Of a stretch of 64,000 bases of DNA, positions 22,386 through 31,778 are shown piece after piece. Both the position numbers and the translations under genes were made by a program. Under the pieces are notes generated by a model that had not been told where the DNA came from, ran no database searches, and was given only the letters and a program-made list of their open reading frames with translations. Location of the stretch: NCBI GenBank assembly GCA_044223005.1, contig JBGAML010000001.1:384001-448000 (forward strand). Reading direction: 5' to 3'. Every line of letters starts with the position of its first letter. Within the stretch, counting starts at the first letter, position 1. The DNA is from Candidatus Eiseniibacteriota bacterium (GTDB lineage: Bacteria > Eisenbacteria > RBG-16-71-46).

Positions 22386-22889
22386 CTACTCCTCGGACTC
22401 GCCCGGGCGCGGCGCGCGGAAGAGCTTGGCCCAGTCCTCGAGTTCGGCACGCGAGAGCGTCGTGGGCTTCTCGGGCTCGCCGTCCGCGTCCTTGCCGCGG
22501 CCGAGGGCGCTCGCGAGGAAGAGATCGCTGAGCGCGATGTCGGCGCCCATGGCGCGCGCGTGCCGCGCGACCTCGAGGTCGGCGGTCACCACGGTGACGC
22601 GATCGACGCGCGAGACCTGCTCCTCGACGATGCGGCGGATCACGTCGTCCGCCTTCTCGGGCGGCCGCGACCAGCGGATCTCGACCGAACCCGAACGCTC
22701 GTCGCGGCCGCCGCCCTCGGCGCCGTCGAAAACGACCAGGTGCCGCACGTGCTCGCTGCCCATCATCCACGACAGCAGGTTCAGCAGCTTCTCGCGCGAC
22801 TCGCGCAGCGTGCGGCCCTCGCCCGGCTTCAGCTGCGGCGTGCGATGGATCAGGTTGTAGCCGTCGATCACGATCAGGCGGTCGCTCAT
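22386..22889 (-). CDS. NYN/PIN-like nuclease of the YacP/Rae1 family
   Basis: IDGYNL, VVFDG, ADDVI, VVTAD motifs; tail ELEDW..LF. Confidence 0.85.
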   Translation of the reverse strand: MSDRLIVIDGYNLIHRTPQLKPGEGRTLRESREKLLNLLSWMMGSEHVRHLVVFDGAEGGGRDERSGSVEIRWSRPPEKADDVIRRIVEEQVSRVDRVTVVTADLEVARHARAMGADIALSDLFLASALGRGKDADGEPEKPTTLSRAELEDWAKLFRAPRPGESEE

Positions 22890-23028
22890 GGTGCGGACTC
22901 CTCGGCGAAGGGGCGAGAACAGCCGCGAAGCGTCCGCGAAAGCGCCCCGGGAGTCAACGCGGTGCGCCGAAACGCCGCGCGGCGCGCCCCGGGACCGGGA
23001 CGCGCCGCGCGTGAGGTTCGCGACGAAC

Positions 23029-24288
23029 CTACGAACCGCCACCGTCGGACGTGTGGACGATGCGGCCGGCCGCGCCCACGGCCCAGCCGCGCAGGCCGTC
23101 CGCGAAGTAGACGCCGTAGAGCGCCTGCGCCGAGTTGGACGTCTGCGGCGTCCACGTCGTGCCGCCGTTGCTGGTGCGCAGGATCGCGCCGCTGCCGTTG
23201 CTGCCGACGGCCCAGCCGGAGAGTCCGTTCACCATGTGCAGCGCCTGCAGGTCGTACGCGGCGCCCTGGCTCGTGAGCGACCACACGGGCCCGCCCAGCG
23301 ACGGCGACGTCGAGGGCGTCGAGCCCAGGCCACCCACGGCCCACGCGGCGTCGGTCGAGACGCGCGCCACCGAGCGCAGCGGCTGCGCGGTGATCGCGGG
23401 CAGGACCTGCGTCCAGTTCGCGCCGCCGTCCACGGTGCCGAGGATGATGCCGTCGCCGACGGCCCAGCCGTTCGACGTGTCCGAGAACGCGACGCTGAAG
23501 AGATCCTTGCCGCCCACGAACTGGGTGTCCCAGCTGGTGCCGCCGTTGCGCGTGCGGCCCAGGAACCCTCCCGCGCCGACGACCCAGCCGTACTGCGTGT
23601 TCGCGAAGCGGACGCAGAAGAGGTCGGAGCCGATGCCGGTGCCGGTGAGCTTCGTCCAGCTGGTGCCGCCGTTCGTCGAGTGCATGATCGTGCCGGCCGT
23701 GCCGACCGCCCAGCCCTGCGACGCGGAGGCGAAGCAGATCGCGTTGAGTCGCGAGGTCGTGCCGCTGGTGCGGCTGGTCCACGTCACGCCCGCGTCGGGC
23801 GTGCCGACGAGCGTGCCGGCGTCGCCGACCGCGTAGCCCGTGTGCCCGTCGGGCAGGAACCACACGGCGCGCAGGTTCTGCGTCGTGCCGCTCGCCTGCG
23901 TCGCCCAGCCGCTCGCGGTGCCGTGCACGTAGATCGCGGCCGTCGCGGACTTGCCGCCCGCGGCGCCGGTCACGATCGCGGTGCCCTCGCCGACGGCGGT
24001 CGCCAGCCCGGTGTTGCTGATCGTGCAGACGCGCGTGTCGTTGCTCGACCACGAGAGCGCGACGCTCACCTCGGTGCCACCGGTGTCGAACGCCGCCCCG
24101 ACGAACTGGATCTGTCCGCCGACGGCGAGCGTGTCCAGGTTGGGCGTGACGGTGACGTGCGAAAGCGGCGGCGTCACGGGCGCGACGGGCTTGGTGCTCG
24201 TCCCGCAGCCGGTGAGGAACGCGGCGGACAGGAGGAGCGCCAGCAGCGCCGGGCGCGGGACGGAGATGGAGCTTCGATCGTGTCGCAT
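23029..24288 (-). CDS. Lipoprotein with Ig-like (Big_2) domain and YCF48/BNR beta-propeller repeats
   Basis: Lipobox LTGC; WSSND...TIS.TGL.TAV..G; about six GWAVG..G.I..T.DGG..W repeats. Confidence 0.85.
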   Translation of the reverse strand: MRHDRSSISVPRPALLALLLSAAFLTGCGTSTKPVAPVTPPLSHVTVTPNLDTLAVGGQIQFVGAAFDTGGTEVSVALSWSSNDTRVCTISNTGLATAVGEGTAIVTGAAGGKSATAAIYVHGTASGWATQASGTTQNLRAVWFLPDGHTGYAVGDAGTLVGTPDAGVTWTSRTSGTTSRLNAICFASASQGWAVGTAGTIMHSTNGGTSWTKLTGTGIGSDLFCVRFANTQYGWVVGAGGFLGRTRNGGTSWDTQFVGGKDLFSVAFSDTSNGWAVGDGIILGTVDGGANWTQVLPAITAQPLRSVARVSTDAAWAVGGLGSTPSTSPSLGGPVWSLTSQGAAYDLQALHMVNGLSGWAVGSNGSGAILRTSNGGTTWTPQTSNSAQALYGVYFADGLRGWAVGAAGRIVHTSDGGGS

Positions 24289-24609
24289 GCGCGATGATCC
24301 TCGCAGGAACGTCCGGATGGCCGGGACAGGATACTCCGGCAACCCCGATCGCAACCGGGGGTGGCCGGACCCCGTAATTATCGGCCGTCCCAGCCGTCCA
24401 CATGACCGCACTTTGCGGCCGTCCGGCGGGGGCCCGCCGCGCCGGGAAGGGGCCCTCCGGCACGGGCCGGCGCGGGCTTGTGCCGCGCAGGCGGGCGCAA
24501 TACTGTGCCCCGACCTGTTGCCGCTGGGGGTGGCGTCGGCCGAGTTCCCGCCCGGGAGCCGCCGGTTCGCCGGTCACGGGCCGCCCGCCCCGGCGCCGAG
24601 GAAGGCTCC

Positions 24610-25560
24610 ATGCTCGAGATTCGCAGCGTCCGGAAGATCTACGACGACCGCGTCGTCGTGAACGACGTCACGTTCGAAGTGCAGGCCGGGGAGATCTTCG
24701 CGCTCCTGGGGCCGAACGGTGCCGGCAAGACCACCCTCATCCGCATGATCACCGACATCACGCGCCCCGACGGCGGCGCCATCCTTCTCGATGGCCAGCC
24801 GCTGACGGGCCCGAACCGCCCGCGCGTGTCGTACCTGCCGGAAGAGCGCGGGCTCTATCGCAAGGTGCCGGTGCTGGACGCGCTCGCCTACTTCGGCGAA
24901 CTGAAGGGCCTGTCCTCGCGCGAAGCGCGCGCCGCGGCCGTGGCGCTGCTCGAGGAGTTCGAGCTCGCGGCGTGGGCGAAGAAGCCGGTTTCGGCGCTCT
25001 CGAAGGGCATGCAGCAGAAGCTGCAGCTGTGCACGGCGCTCATCGGCGATCCGCAGCTGTTGATCCTCGACGAGCCCTTCAGCGGTCTCGACCCGGTGAA
25101 CGTCGCGCTGCTCGAGGACGTGCTGCGCCGCCGCCGCGCGGCAGGCGTCACGGTCCTGCTCTCGACGCACCAGATGAACAAGGTCGAGCAGCAGTGCGAC
25201 CGGGCGCTGATGATCAACCGCGGCCACATGGTGCTCTACGGCAAGGTCGGCGACATCCGCCGGCAGCACGCCGAGCATGCGTTCCTGCTCGAAGGCGGCT
25301 CGGTGCCGTCCGGCCTGCCGGGCGTGCGCGCACTGGACGCGATGAACGGCGGCACCAAGCTGACGCTCGAACGCACCGCCGATCCGTCGGCCGTGCTCAA
25401 GGCCGCGCTCGACCGCGGCGTCTCGGTCACGGCGTTCACGCCGCTCATCCCGCCGCTGGAGGACATCTTCGTGCAGGTCGTGACCAGCGGTGCCGGCCTC
25501 GACAAGGGCCGCAGCGGCCCGCCCACCGTGGACGAGCTCTATACGGGAGGTGTGCGATGA
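24610..25560 (+). CDS. ABC-2 transporter ATP-binding protein (NatA/YhaQ-like)
   Basis: GPNGAGKTT, YLPEERGLY, LSKGMQQK, LDEPFSGLDPVN, STH. Confidence 0.92.
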   Translation: MLEIRSVRKIYDDRVVVNDVTFEVQAGEIFALLGPNGAGKTTLIRMITDITRPDGGAILLDGQPLTGPNRPRVSYLPEERGLYRKVPVLDALAYFGELKGLSSREARAAAVALLEEFELAAWAKKPVSALSKGMQQKLQLCTALIGDPQLLILDEPFSGLDPVNVALLEDVLRRRRAAGVTVLLSTHQMNKVEQQCDRALMINRGHMVLYGKVGDIRRQHAEHAFLLEGGSVPSGLPGVRALDAMNGGTKLTLERTADPSAVLKAALDRGVSVTAFTPLIPPLEDIFVQVVTSGAGLDKGRSGPPTVDELYTGGVR

Positions 25561-26873
25561 AGTTCTCGCTCTCCCGCGCCCTGATCATCATGCGCCGCGA
25601 GTACCTGACCACGGTGCGCCGCAAGGCGTTCGTGTTCTCGCTCATGCTCACGCCGGCGATCATGTTCGTCACGATCTCGCTCCAGAAGGCCGGCATCGAG
25701 GAGACCCGCGCCAAGGGCCAGGAAGCGCGCGTCGTCGCGCTCGTGGATTCCTCGGGCATCTTCGCCAGCGCCCCGAGCACGTACGAGTTCTCCACCACGA
25801 CGGACTCGGTGCAGTTCGTCGGCGGCAGCGTGCGCGTCGAGAAGCCCAAGCGCGAGACGATCCCGCTCGTCGCGCGCCGGTTCGCGACGCTGCGCGAGGC
25901 CACCGACTCGCTCGACGCCGGCACCGTGAACACGGTCATGGTGGTGCCCGCGGACTTCCTCGCCGCCGGCGGGATCCGCCGCTACGAGAAGGACACCCGC
26001 GCGCTCACCGGCTCGGCCGACGACCGCGCGATCCGCGGCTGGATGATCCGCTGGATGCTGTCGCAGGGGCTCGATTCGACGCACATCGACCGGGCGCTGA
26101 CGCTCACGCGCACGACCGACCTCTATGTCCCCGCCAAGTCGGGCGGCTATGCACTCAAGGACGACCGGCGCGAGCTGTGGTCGTTCATCCTGCCCTTCGC
26201 GCTCTCGATGCTGCTGGGGCTGGCCATCATCACGGGCGGCCAGTACCTGCTGCAGGGCATCACCGAGGAAAAGGAGACGCGCATCCTCGAGTCCATGCTC
26301 TGCACCGTGACCCCGGACGAGCTCATGCTGGGCAAGCTCCTGGGCCTCGGCGGCGCGGGCCTCACCATGGTGGGCATCTGGACGATCTGCGCATTCCTGT
26401 TCGCGGCGCCCATGCTCGCGTTCCTGAACATCGAGCTCTCGCCGCTGCTGCTCGTCTTCGCCATCACGTACTTCCTGCTGGGCTACCTCTTCTACGGCAG
26501 CCTGATGACGGGCATCGGCGCGATCGCGAACAACGTGCGCGAGGCGCAGCAGATCGCGATCATCTTCACGATGCTGAACTTCATGCCCATCTACGCGATC
26601 GCGACCATCATCAACAACCCGAAGTCGCCGATGACGATGGCGCTCTCGATGTTCCCGCCGACGGCGCCCGCGACGATGATGATGCGCCTGTCCGTGAGCG
26701 CCGTGACGGGCGCGGCCGTACCGATGTGGCAGGTGGGGGCGTCGATCGGCCTGCTCGCGATCACGGCGTTCCTGGCCCTGCGCGCGTCGGCGAAGGTCTT
26801 CCGGATCGGGCTGCTGCTCTACGGCAAGACGCCCAACCTCCCGGAGATCGTGAAGATCCTCCAGCAGAAGTGA
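25557..26873 (+). CDS. ABC-2 transporter permease (NatB/YhaP-like)
   Basis: REYLTTVR.KAF; EEKETRILE; LMLGKLLG; KVFRIGLLLYGK.P. ATGA overlap with the ATPase gene. Confidence 0.9.
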   Translation: MKFSLSRALIIMRREYLTTVRRKAFVFSLMLTPAIMFVTISLQKAGIEETRAKGQEARVVALVDSSGIFASAPSTYEFSTTTDSVQFVGGSVRVEKPKRETIPLVARRFATLREATDSLDAGTVNTVMVVPADFLAAGGIRRYEKDTRALTGSADDRAIRGWMIRWMLSQGLDSTHIDRALTLTRTTDLYVPAKSGGYALKDDRRELWSFILPFALSMLLGLAIITGGQYLLQGITEEKETRILESMLCTVTPDELMLGKLLGLGGAGLTMVGIWTICAFLFAAPMLAFLNIELSPLLLVFAITYFLLGYLFYGSLMTGIGAIANNVREAQQIAIIFTMLNFMPIYAIATIINNPKSPMTMALSMFPPTAPATMMMRLSVSAVTGAAVPMWQVGASIGLLAITAFLALRASAKVFRIGLLLYGKTPNLPEIVKILQQK

Positions 26874-26880
26874 TCCCCGC

Positions 26881-28320
26881 ATGACTCCCGACGGCTCCGC
26901 GACGACACCCGCCAGCGCCTTTCCGCGCTGGCGGGTGTTTCCTCCCATCGCCCTGGGCGTGATCATGGCGACGCTCGACGCGAGCGTCGTCAACATCGCC
27001 CTTCCGACCCTGCAGCGCACGTTCGCGACCGCGTTCACCACCGTGGAGTGGGTGGTGCTCGCCTACAGCGTCACGATCACGGGGCTGCTGCTCTCGGCGG
27101 GCCGTCTCGCCGACCTGCGCGGGCGCCGGCGCGTCTACGCCGCGGGGCTCGTGCTGTTCACGCTCGCCTCGGCCGCCTGCGGGTTCGCACCGGGCGTCGG
27201 CGTGCTGATCGCGGCGCGCGTCGTGCAGGGCATCGGCGCGGCGCTCCTCTCGGCCAACGGCTCGGCGCTGCTCGTCTCGGCGTTCCCGGGCGAGGAGCGC
27301 GGCAAGGCGCTCGGCGCGTTCGGCGCCATGGTGGGCGTCGGGCTCGCGATCGGCTCGCCGCTCGGCGGCATCGTGATCCAGCACGCGTCGTGGCGCTGGC
27401 TCTTCCTGGTCAACGTCCCGCTCGGCGCGCTCACGCTCTGGCTGCTGCACGCCCGCGTGCCCGCCGACGAACCGGCCGCCGGCGCGCCGCCGCTCGACCT
27501 CGGCGCCGCGGCGGCGTGGTGCGCGGCGCTGGTCGCGCTCATGCTCGGGCTCTCGCGCGGCCCGGACGCGGGCTGGTCCAGCCCGCTCGTGCTCGGCCTC
27601 TTCGCGGTGACGGCGCTCGCGCTGGCCGTCTTCGCGCAGCTCGAGCGCCGCGCGCGCGCCCCGATGCTGCCGCTGCACATCCTCTTCGGTCCGCTCGGCG
27701 CCGCCGTGCTGCTCACGCTGATCAGCCAGGCGCTCACGATCTCGGTGGGCCTGAACGTCCCGCTCTACCTCGAGGACGTGCTCGGATACGACGCGCAGAA
27801 GAGCGGCGTCTGGAACATGATCCTGCCGCTCGCGGCGCTGCTGTTCGCGCCCACGGCGGGCAGGCTGTCGGACCGCGTCGGCGCGCGCGTGCTCACGACG
27901 CTCGGCATGGCGCTGACCGCGGGCGGGCTCTTCGCGCTGGCGCGCGTGAGCGACGGCCCGGGCACGGGCGCGCTCGTGCTGGGGCTCTGCCTGGTCGGCG
28001 CCGGGCAGGGGCTCTTCTCCGTGCCCAACGCGAGCGCGCTGCTGTCGCTCGTGCCGCGCGAACAACTCGGGATCGCCTCGGGCCTGCAGGGCACCACGCG
28101 CAACCTGGGCTTCAGTTCCGGCGCGGCGATGATGGGCGCGCTGATGGCCTCTCGCTACCAGCGGCACACGGGCCAGGTGCTCTCGGGGCTCGGCACGCGC
28201 GTGCACGCGGCAGGCTTCGCCGCCGCGACGCGGGACGCGTACGCGGTGATGGCGGTGATCGCCATCGTCGGCACGCTGCTCGCCGCGGTGCAGAAGCGTA
28301 CCGCGACCGCCGCGCAGTAG
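26881..28320 (+). CDS. MFS efflux transporter, DHA2 (EmrB/QacA-like) family
   Basis: LDASVVNIALP; GRLADLRGRRR; WRWLFLVNVPLG; about 14 TM helices. Confidence 0.9.
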   Translation: MTPDGSATTPASAFPRWRVFPPIALGVIMATLDASVVNIALPTLQRTFATAFTTVEWVVLAYSVTITGLLLSAGRLADLRGRRRVYAAGLVLFTLASAACGFAPGVGVLIAARVVQGIGAALLSANGSALLVSAFPGEERGKALGAFGAMVGVGLAIGSPLGGIVIQHASWRWLFLVNVPLGALTLWLLHARVPADEPAAGAPPLDLGAAAAWCAALVALMLGLSRGPDAGWSSPLVLGLFAVTALALAVFAQLERRARAPMLPLHILFGPLGAAVLLTLISQALTISVGLNVPLYLEDVLGYDAQKSGVWNMILPLAALLFAPTAGRLSDRVGARVLTTLGMALTAGGLFALARVSDGPGTGALVLGLCLVGAGQGLFSVPNASALLSLVPREQLGIASGLQGTTRNLGFSSGAAMMGALMASRYQRHTGQVLSGLGTRVHAAGFAAATRDAYAVMAVIAIVGTLLAAVQKRTATAAQ

Positions 28321-28356
28321 GTCGCCGCCCGGGCCCACCGGGCGGACCTTCGTCGC

Positions 28357-28827
28357 TCAGGCCTTTTCGCCCGACATGGGTGCGGGCGCGGCCTCGAGCG
28401 CCGGCGCCCAGCGTTCGGCGAACGCGGGCAGTTCGGCGAGCAGTTCCCCGAGCATCTCCGCCACGGCCGCGTCCGGATTCACGGCATCGCCCGAGACCGC
28501 GCGCGTGCCGCACGCCTCGGCGCTCCAGTCGCCGAGGGCCATGCGGTAGCCGCTCGCGGGCGCGTCGGGCGGCGCCGTCGCGCCCGCGGCGAGCCTCTCG
28601 GTGTTCGCGGGGTGCGCCCCGCGGCGCAGCACCCCGAGATCCCCGGAGACGACGTTCTCGTCGGCGGCGTGACGGATGGCGAGGAAGCGCGAGACGGACG
28701 CGTCGGGCTCGAACACGGCCCACACGACCTCGTGGGCGCGCGAGCGCATTGAACCGACGCGGGCGCCGGGGAAGCTCCCGCGCAGGAGCGAGAGCAGGCG
28801 GTCGGCGAGTGGCGAGACGTGTTGCAC
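28357..28827 (-). CDS. Hypothetical protein (start uncertain, 28827 or 28908)
   Basis: Fills the gap between the MFS gene and the secreted-protein gene; protein-like composition; no recognised motif. Confidence 0.5.
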   Translation of the reverse strand: MQHVSPLADRLLSLLRGSFPGARVGSMRSRAHEVVWAVFEPDASVSRFLAIRHAADENVVSGDLGVLRRGAHPANTERLAAGATAPPDAPASGYRMALGDWSAEACGTRAVSGDAVNPDAAVAEMLGELLAELPAFAERWAPALEAAPAPMSGEKA

Positions 28828-29033
28828 GGTCGTACCCGGAGGTGGAAATGAGAAGTTCCACCGGCGGGGGACCGGCGTGCGTGGACGCGCAAGTTCTCGG
28901 CGCGTCACTGCCGCGACTTCAGTCCGCGTCGCGCGTCGCGCGCACCCTCACGCGCCGACCGCCACTTCCCCGCGTCGCCGGAAAACACCGCGGGCGGCCC
29001 GGTGAGGGCCGCCCGCGACGGAACGACTCGCGA

Positions 29034-30989
29034 TCAACGCACGACGGCGCCGCGCGCGACGAGCACGCGTCCGTCCTGCGCCAGCCGCAGCAGGTACAGG
29101 CCCGGCGGCAGCGGCGCGCCGAGCGTGAGCACGTGCCGGCCGGCGCCCATGGCGCCCACTTCCTGGCGCACGACCGAACGGCCCGCGACGTCGAGCACTT
29201 CGAGCGTCGCCGGCGACGCACTGCCGAGCGCGAAGCTCACCTGCGCACGCGCGGGCGAGGGATTCGGCGAGAAGCCACCGAGCGCGAACAGCGTCGAGGC
29301 CGGCACGTTGATCCACGCCTCGGGACCGAAGCGCTCCGCGCCGCCGTCCGCCCATCCGAGCCGGTACGCATAGCGGGCACCGGCGGCGACGCTGGCGTCC
29401 TCGGCCGCGATCCGGCCTTCGCCGTCCGCGATGAAGTCACCGAGCGCCTGCCAGCCGCTGGCCTCCTCGCGGCGATAGAGCGTCGCGATCGCGCCGGGCG
29501 CGCCCGACACCTGCCACGCCAGCGACACGCGGTCGCTGGTCACGTCCGACGACAGCAGCGCCGCCGACACGGCGACCGCGCCGTTCAGGTCGAGCCGCGT
29601 GGCGTAGACGTCCTCGCCGTTGGTCGCGGCGTCGCGCAGGTCGCCCCAGCCCGCGATGAGGCCGCCGAGCGACGGCGCGAGCAGGAGCGTCGAGGCCGGC
29701 GGATCGAGCGGCACGATCGGCCGCCCGCCCGCGGGCCAGAACCCGGTCGAGCCGCTGGCGTCCACGTGCTGCAGGCGCACCTGCGTGTCGGTCTCGCTCG
29801 CGTCCGTCCACTGCGTGACCGCGAGGTACGCGCCGCCGCTGCCGTCGTCGAGCAGGTCGCTCTGCGGCGAACCGTACGTCATGGGCACGGGCGCGATGCC
29901 GTCGAGCGGCCAGCCGGGGACCAGCGTGCCGGTGGGCGAGAAGCGCGCCAGCCGCGGCTCGGTGTTGGCCGCCGGCGGGGCGACCACCCACTTCACCATG
30001 CCACCACCGGTGCCGTTGGCGACGATCTGCGTGATGGCGTCCACCGAGGCGATCGCCGAGCTGACCGAGAGGCCGGTCGCGGGCCAGCCCGCGGCGAGCG
30101 CGCCCGACGGGGTCACGCGCTGAACGGTGGCGACGCCCGGCTCGATTCCGTCGACCGAGTTCACGATCGAGATCAGCACACCGCCGGCGCCGTCCGAGCA
30201 CATCGAGAAGCCGACGTTCTCGCCGGGCACCGTGCTCACGGGCCGGCCGCGCGCCGGCCACGCCGGATCGCTGACGCCGTTCGACTTGAAGTGGCGGACG
30301 TACGCGGTCGACTGGTGCGCGAACGTCGTGAGCGCGAAGGCGACGTACACGCCGCCCGTCGCATCGGCGACGAGCATGCGGTCGTAGTCGGGGCCCGCCA
30401 CGGTGCCGAGATTGGTGCCGCTGGCCGGCCACGCCGGATCGAGCACGCCCGCCGACGTCACGTGGAACAGGTGCTGGCTGTTCGCTTCGGTGACCAGGAA
30501 CGCGCCGCCCACGCCATCGGGCGTCACCGCGACCGCGGTCTGCGCGAGGTCACCCGCGGGCAGCGGCAGCGCGAGACCGGCCGCGGGCCACGCGAGGGTG
30601 AAGTCGCCCGCGAAGCCGACGCGCCACAGACGCACGGGCGACGAACCGGCCGCACCCTTGCCGAGCACGAACACGCCGCGCGTCGCATCTTCGGCGACGG
30701 CGAACGCGCGCGCACCCGATGCGCCGCTGAGCACGAGGCCCGCGACGGACCATCCCGACACGGTGCCGCCGTTCAGGTCCAGGTGCTGGACGACGACCGA
30801 AGACGCCGCCGCGTCGGCGCTGACGACGTACGCACCGTACGCACCGTCGGTGCGGACGGCAGCCGGCGCCTGGTCGCCGGGATTCGTCAGGAGCGGGTTG
30901 CCGTTGAATCCCCATGCGAATGCAGCGTGCATCGGGGCGAGGCTGAGGAGCAGGGCGAATCCGAGTGCAACGGAGCAGCGGTACCGCAT
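29034..30989 (-). CDS. Secreted repeat (beta-propeller-like) protein with FlgD-Ig/T9SS-CTD-like C-terminus
   Basis: Signal peptide; repeated D(G)xGG(V/A)(F/Y)..., WP..G units; C-terminus PNPS...LEVLDVAGR.V...G.H...PGLYLLRL; RBS GAGGAG. Confidence 0.85.
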   Translation of the reverse strand: MRYRCSVALGFALLLSLAPMHAAFAWGFNGNPLLTNPGDQAPAAVRTDGAYGAYVVSADAAASSVVVQHLDLNGGTVSGWSVAGLVLSGASGARAFAVAEDATRGVFVLGKGAAGSSPVRLWRVGFAGDFTLAWPAAGLALPLPAGDLAQTAVAVTPDGVGGAFLVTEANSQHLFHVTSAGVLDPAWPASGTNLGTVAGPDYDRMLVADATGGVYVAFALTTFAHQSTAYVRHFKSNGVSDPAWPARGRPVSTVPGENVGFSMCSDGAGGVLISIVNSVDGIEPGVATVQRVTPSGALAAGWPATGLSVSSAIASVDAITQIVANGTGGGMVKWVVAPPAANTEPRLARFSPTGTLVPGWPLDGIAPVPMTYGSPQSDLLDDGSGGAYLAVTQWTDASETDTQVRLQHVDASGSTGFWPAGGRPIVPLDPPASTLLLAPSLGGLIAGWGDLRDAATNGEDVYATRLDLNGAVAVSAALLSSDVTSDRVSLAWQVSGAPGAIATLYRREEASGWQALGDFIADGEGRIAAEDASVAAGARYAYRLGWADGGAERFGPEAWINVPASTLFALGGFSPNPSPARAQVSFALGSASPATLEVLDVAGRSVVRQEVGAMGAGRHVLTLGAPLPPGLYLLRLAQDGRVLVARGAVVR

Positions 30990-31055
30990 GGGAGCAGTAC
31001 TCCTCGTCGGGGGATCGGGTTACGCGCGACGCGCGTGGTCCAGGCCGCCCCCCGG

Positions 31056-31107
31056 AACGAAAAAGACCGGCGAGCGACCCCTGAAGTTCGGGGGACTCTT
31101 TCCGGTC
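31056..31107 (-). terminator. Intrinsic terminator inside the 5' leader of the 29034..30989 gene (attenuator)
   Basis: Minus strand GACCGG-AAAGAG-TCCCCCGA-ACT-TCAGGGG-TCG-CTC-G-CCGGTC followed by TTTTTCGTT, about 70 nt upstream of the ATG. Confidence 0.7.
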
Positions 31108-31180
31108 GGCCATCAGGTTCCCGCGTGGCGCCCCTTCGGTCAACGTGCCGTTCGCCAGCGTCGGAATGGCAGTTCCCGGC
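31102..31180 (-). promoter_or_regulatory. Candidate riboswitch aptamer with c-di-GMP-II-like features
   Basis: CCGG-GAA...GGCACGUUG...CCGA-CCGG with nested GCCAU/AUGGC and UGGCG/CGCCA stems. The P1 3' strand is also the terminator 5' arm. Confidence 0.4.
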
Positions 31181-31317
31181 GCAGGAATCGGCCCGGTGAA
31201 TGACGCCGGAGGGCTCCGGGCCCCGGCCACCTGCCCGGCTGTCAGGTGACAACGGTGTGGCGTTTTGCGCGCACCGGTGATGCGAAACCGTTCACCCCGC
31301 CGTCACGAAAAGTTCTC

Positions 31318-31346
31318 TTGAGTCCGGGGGGCCACGTGCCGACAAT
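31318..31346 (+). promoter_or_regulatory. sigma70-type promoter for the putative sRNA
   Basis: TTGAGT (31318-23), 17 nt spacer, GACAAT (31341-46). Confidence 0.5.
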
Positions 31347-31352
31347 CAATTA

Positions 31353-31626
31353 CACGTTGCCCGGGGCGCGAGGAATGTTGGGAATGGTCCTTGCAGCCCT
31401 ATGGCAGCTACCGTCGGCCCGTGAGCCGACGGGGTGAGATCGCAGGAGCCGGAAGGCGAACAGTAAAGAGATGGGGCCGAGAGCCCCCTGTCGCCGGATC
31501 GGTCGGAGCAAGGGAAACGGGCAACAAGTGCTCGAATCCAGCATCCCTCCTGCGTCGCGGTCGGACGAAAGCGTCCCTCCGCACGAAACGGGAGAGCCCG
31601 GCCATAAGCCGGGCGCTTTCGTTTTG
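31353..31626 (+). ncRNA. Putative stand-alone structured RNA (~270 nt), family unassigned
   Basis: Own promoter and terminator, several long-range complementary pairs, no convincing long ORF. The downstream nadE has a separate promoter. Confidence 0.5.
31584..31626 (+). terminator. Rho-independent terminator of the putative sRNA
   Basis: CGAAACGGGAGAGCCCGGC-CATAA-GCCGGGCGCTTTCGTTTTG. Confidence 0.75.
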
Positions 31627-31743
31627 GGGCGAATCGGTTCTCGCGGGCGGCTCGCGCGGGGTCACGCCGGGCCGGCACGACGCGCCGCCATCGCCTCGCA
31701 AGCGCGGCGCCCGCAGCACGTTCCGCGCACCCCGGCGCCCCGC

Positions 31744-31772
31744 TTGCGCCTCCCGGCAGGCCAACGCACACT
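31744..31772 (+). promoter_or_regulatory. Promoter of nadE, predicted leaderless
   Basis: TTGCGC, 17 nt, CACACT, 6 nt, ATG; no SD sequence. Confidence 0.5.
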
Positions 31773-31778
31773 CGCACC

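Noticed and set aside
31441..31465. SRP RNA domain IV look-alike (CAGGAGCC-GGAA-GGCGAACAG)
   Set aside because: The invariant CAGG/AGCA symmetric loop is not properly formed (GAACAG, extra bases) and there is no supporting helix. Kept only as part of the unassigned RNA.
31525..31550. tRNA T-loop-like CTCGAATCC
   Set aside because: No pairing T-stem, cloverleaf or CCA, and no tmRNA ends or tag frame.
31353..31778. NAD+ or glutamine riboswitch controlling nadE
   Set aside because: No recognisable nadA or glnA motif consensus, and nadE appears to have its own leaderless promoter downstream of the terminator.
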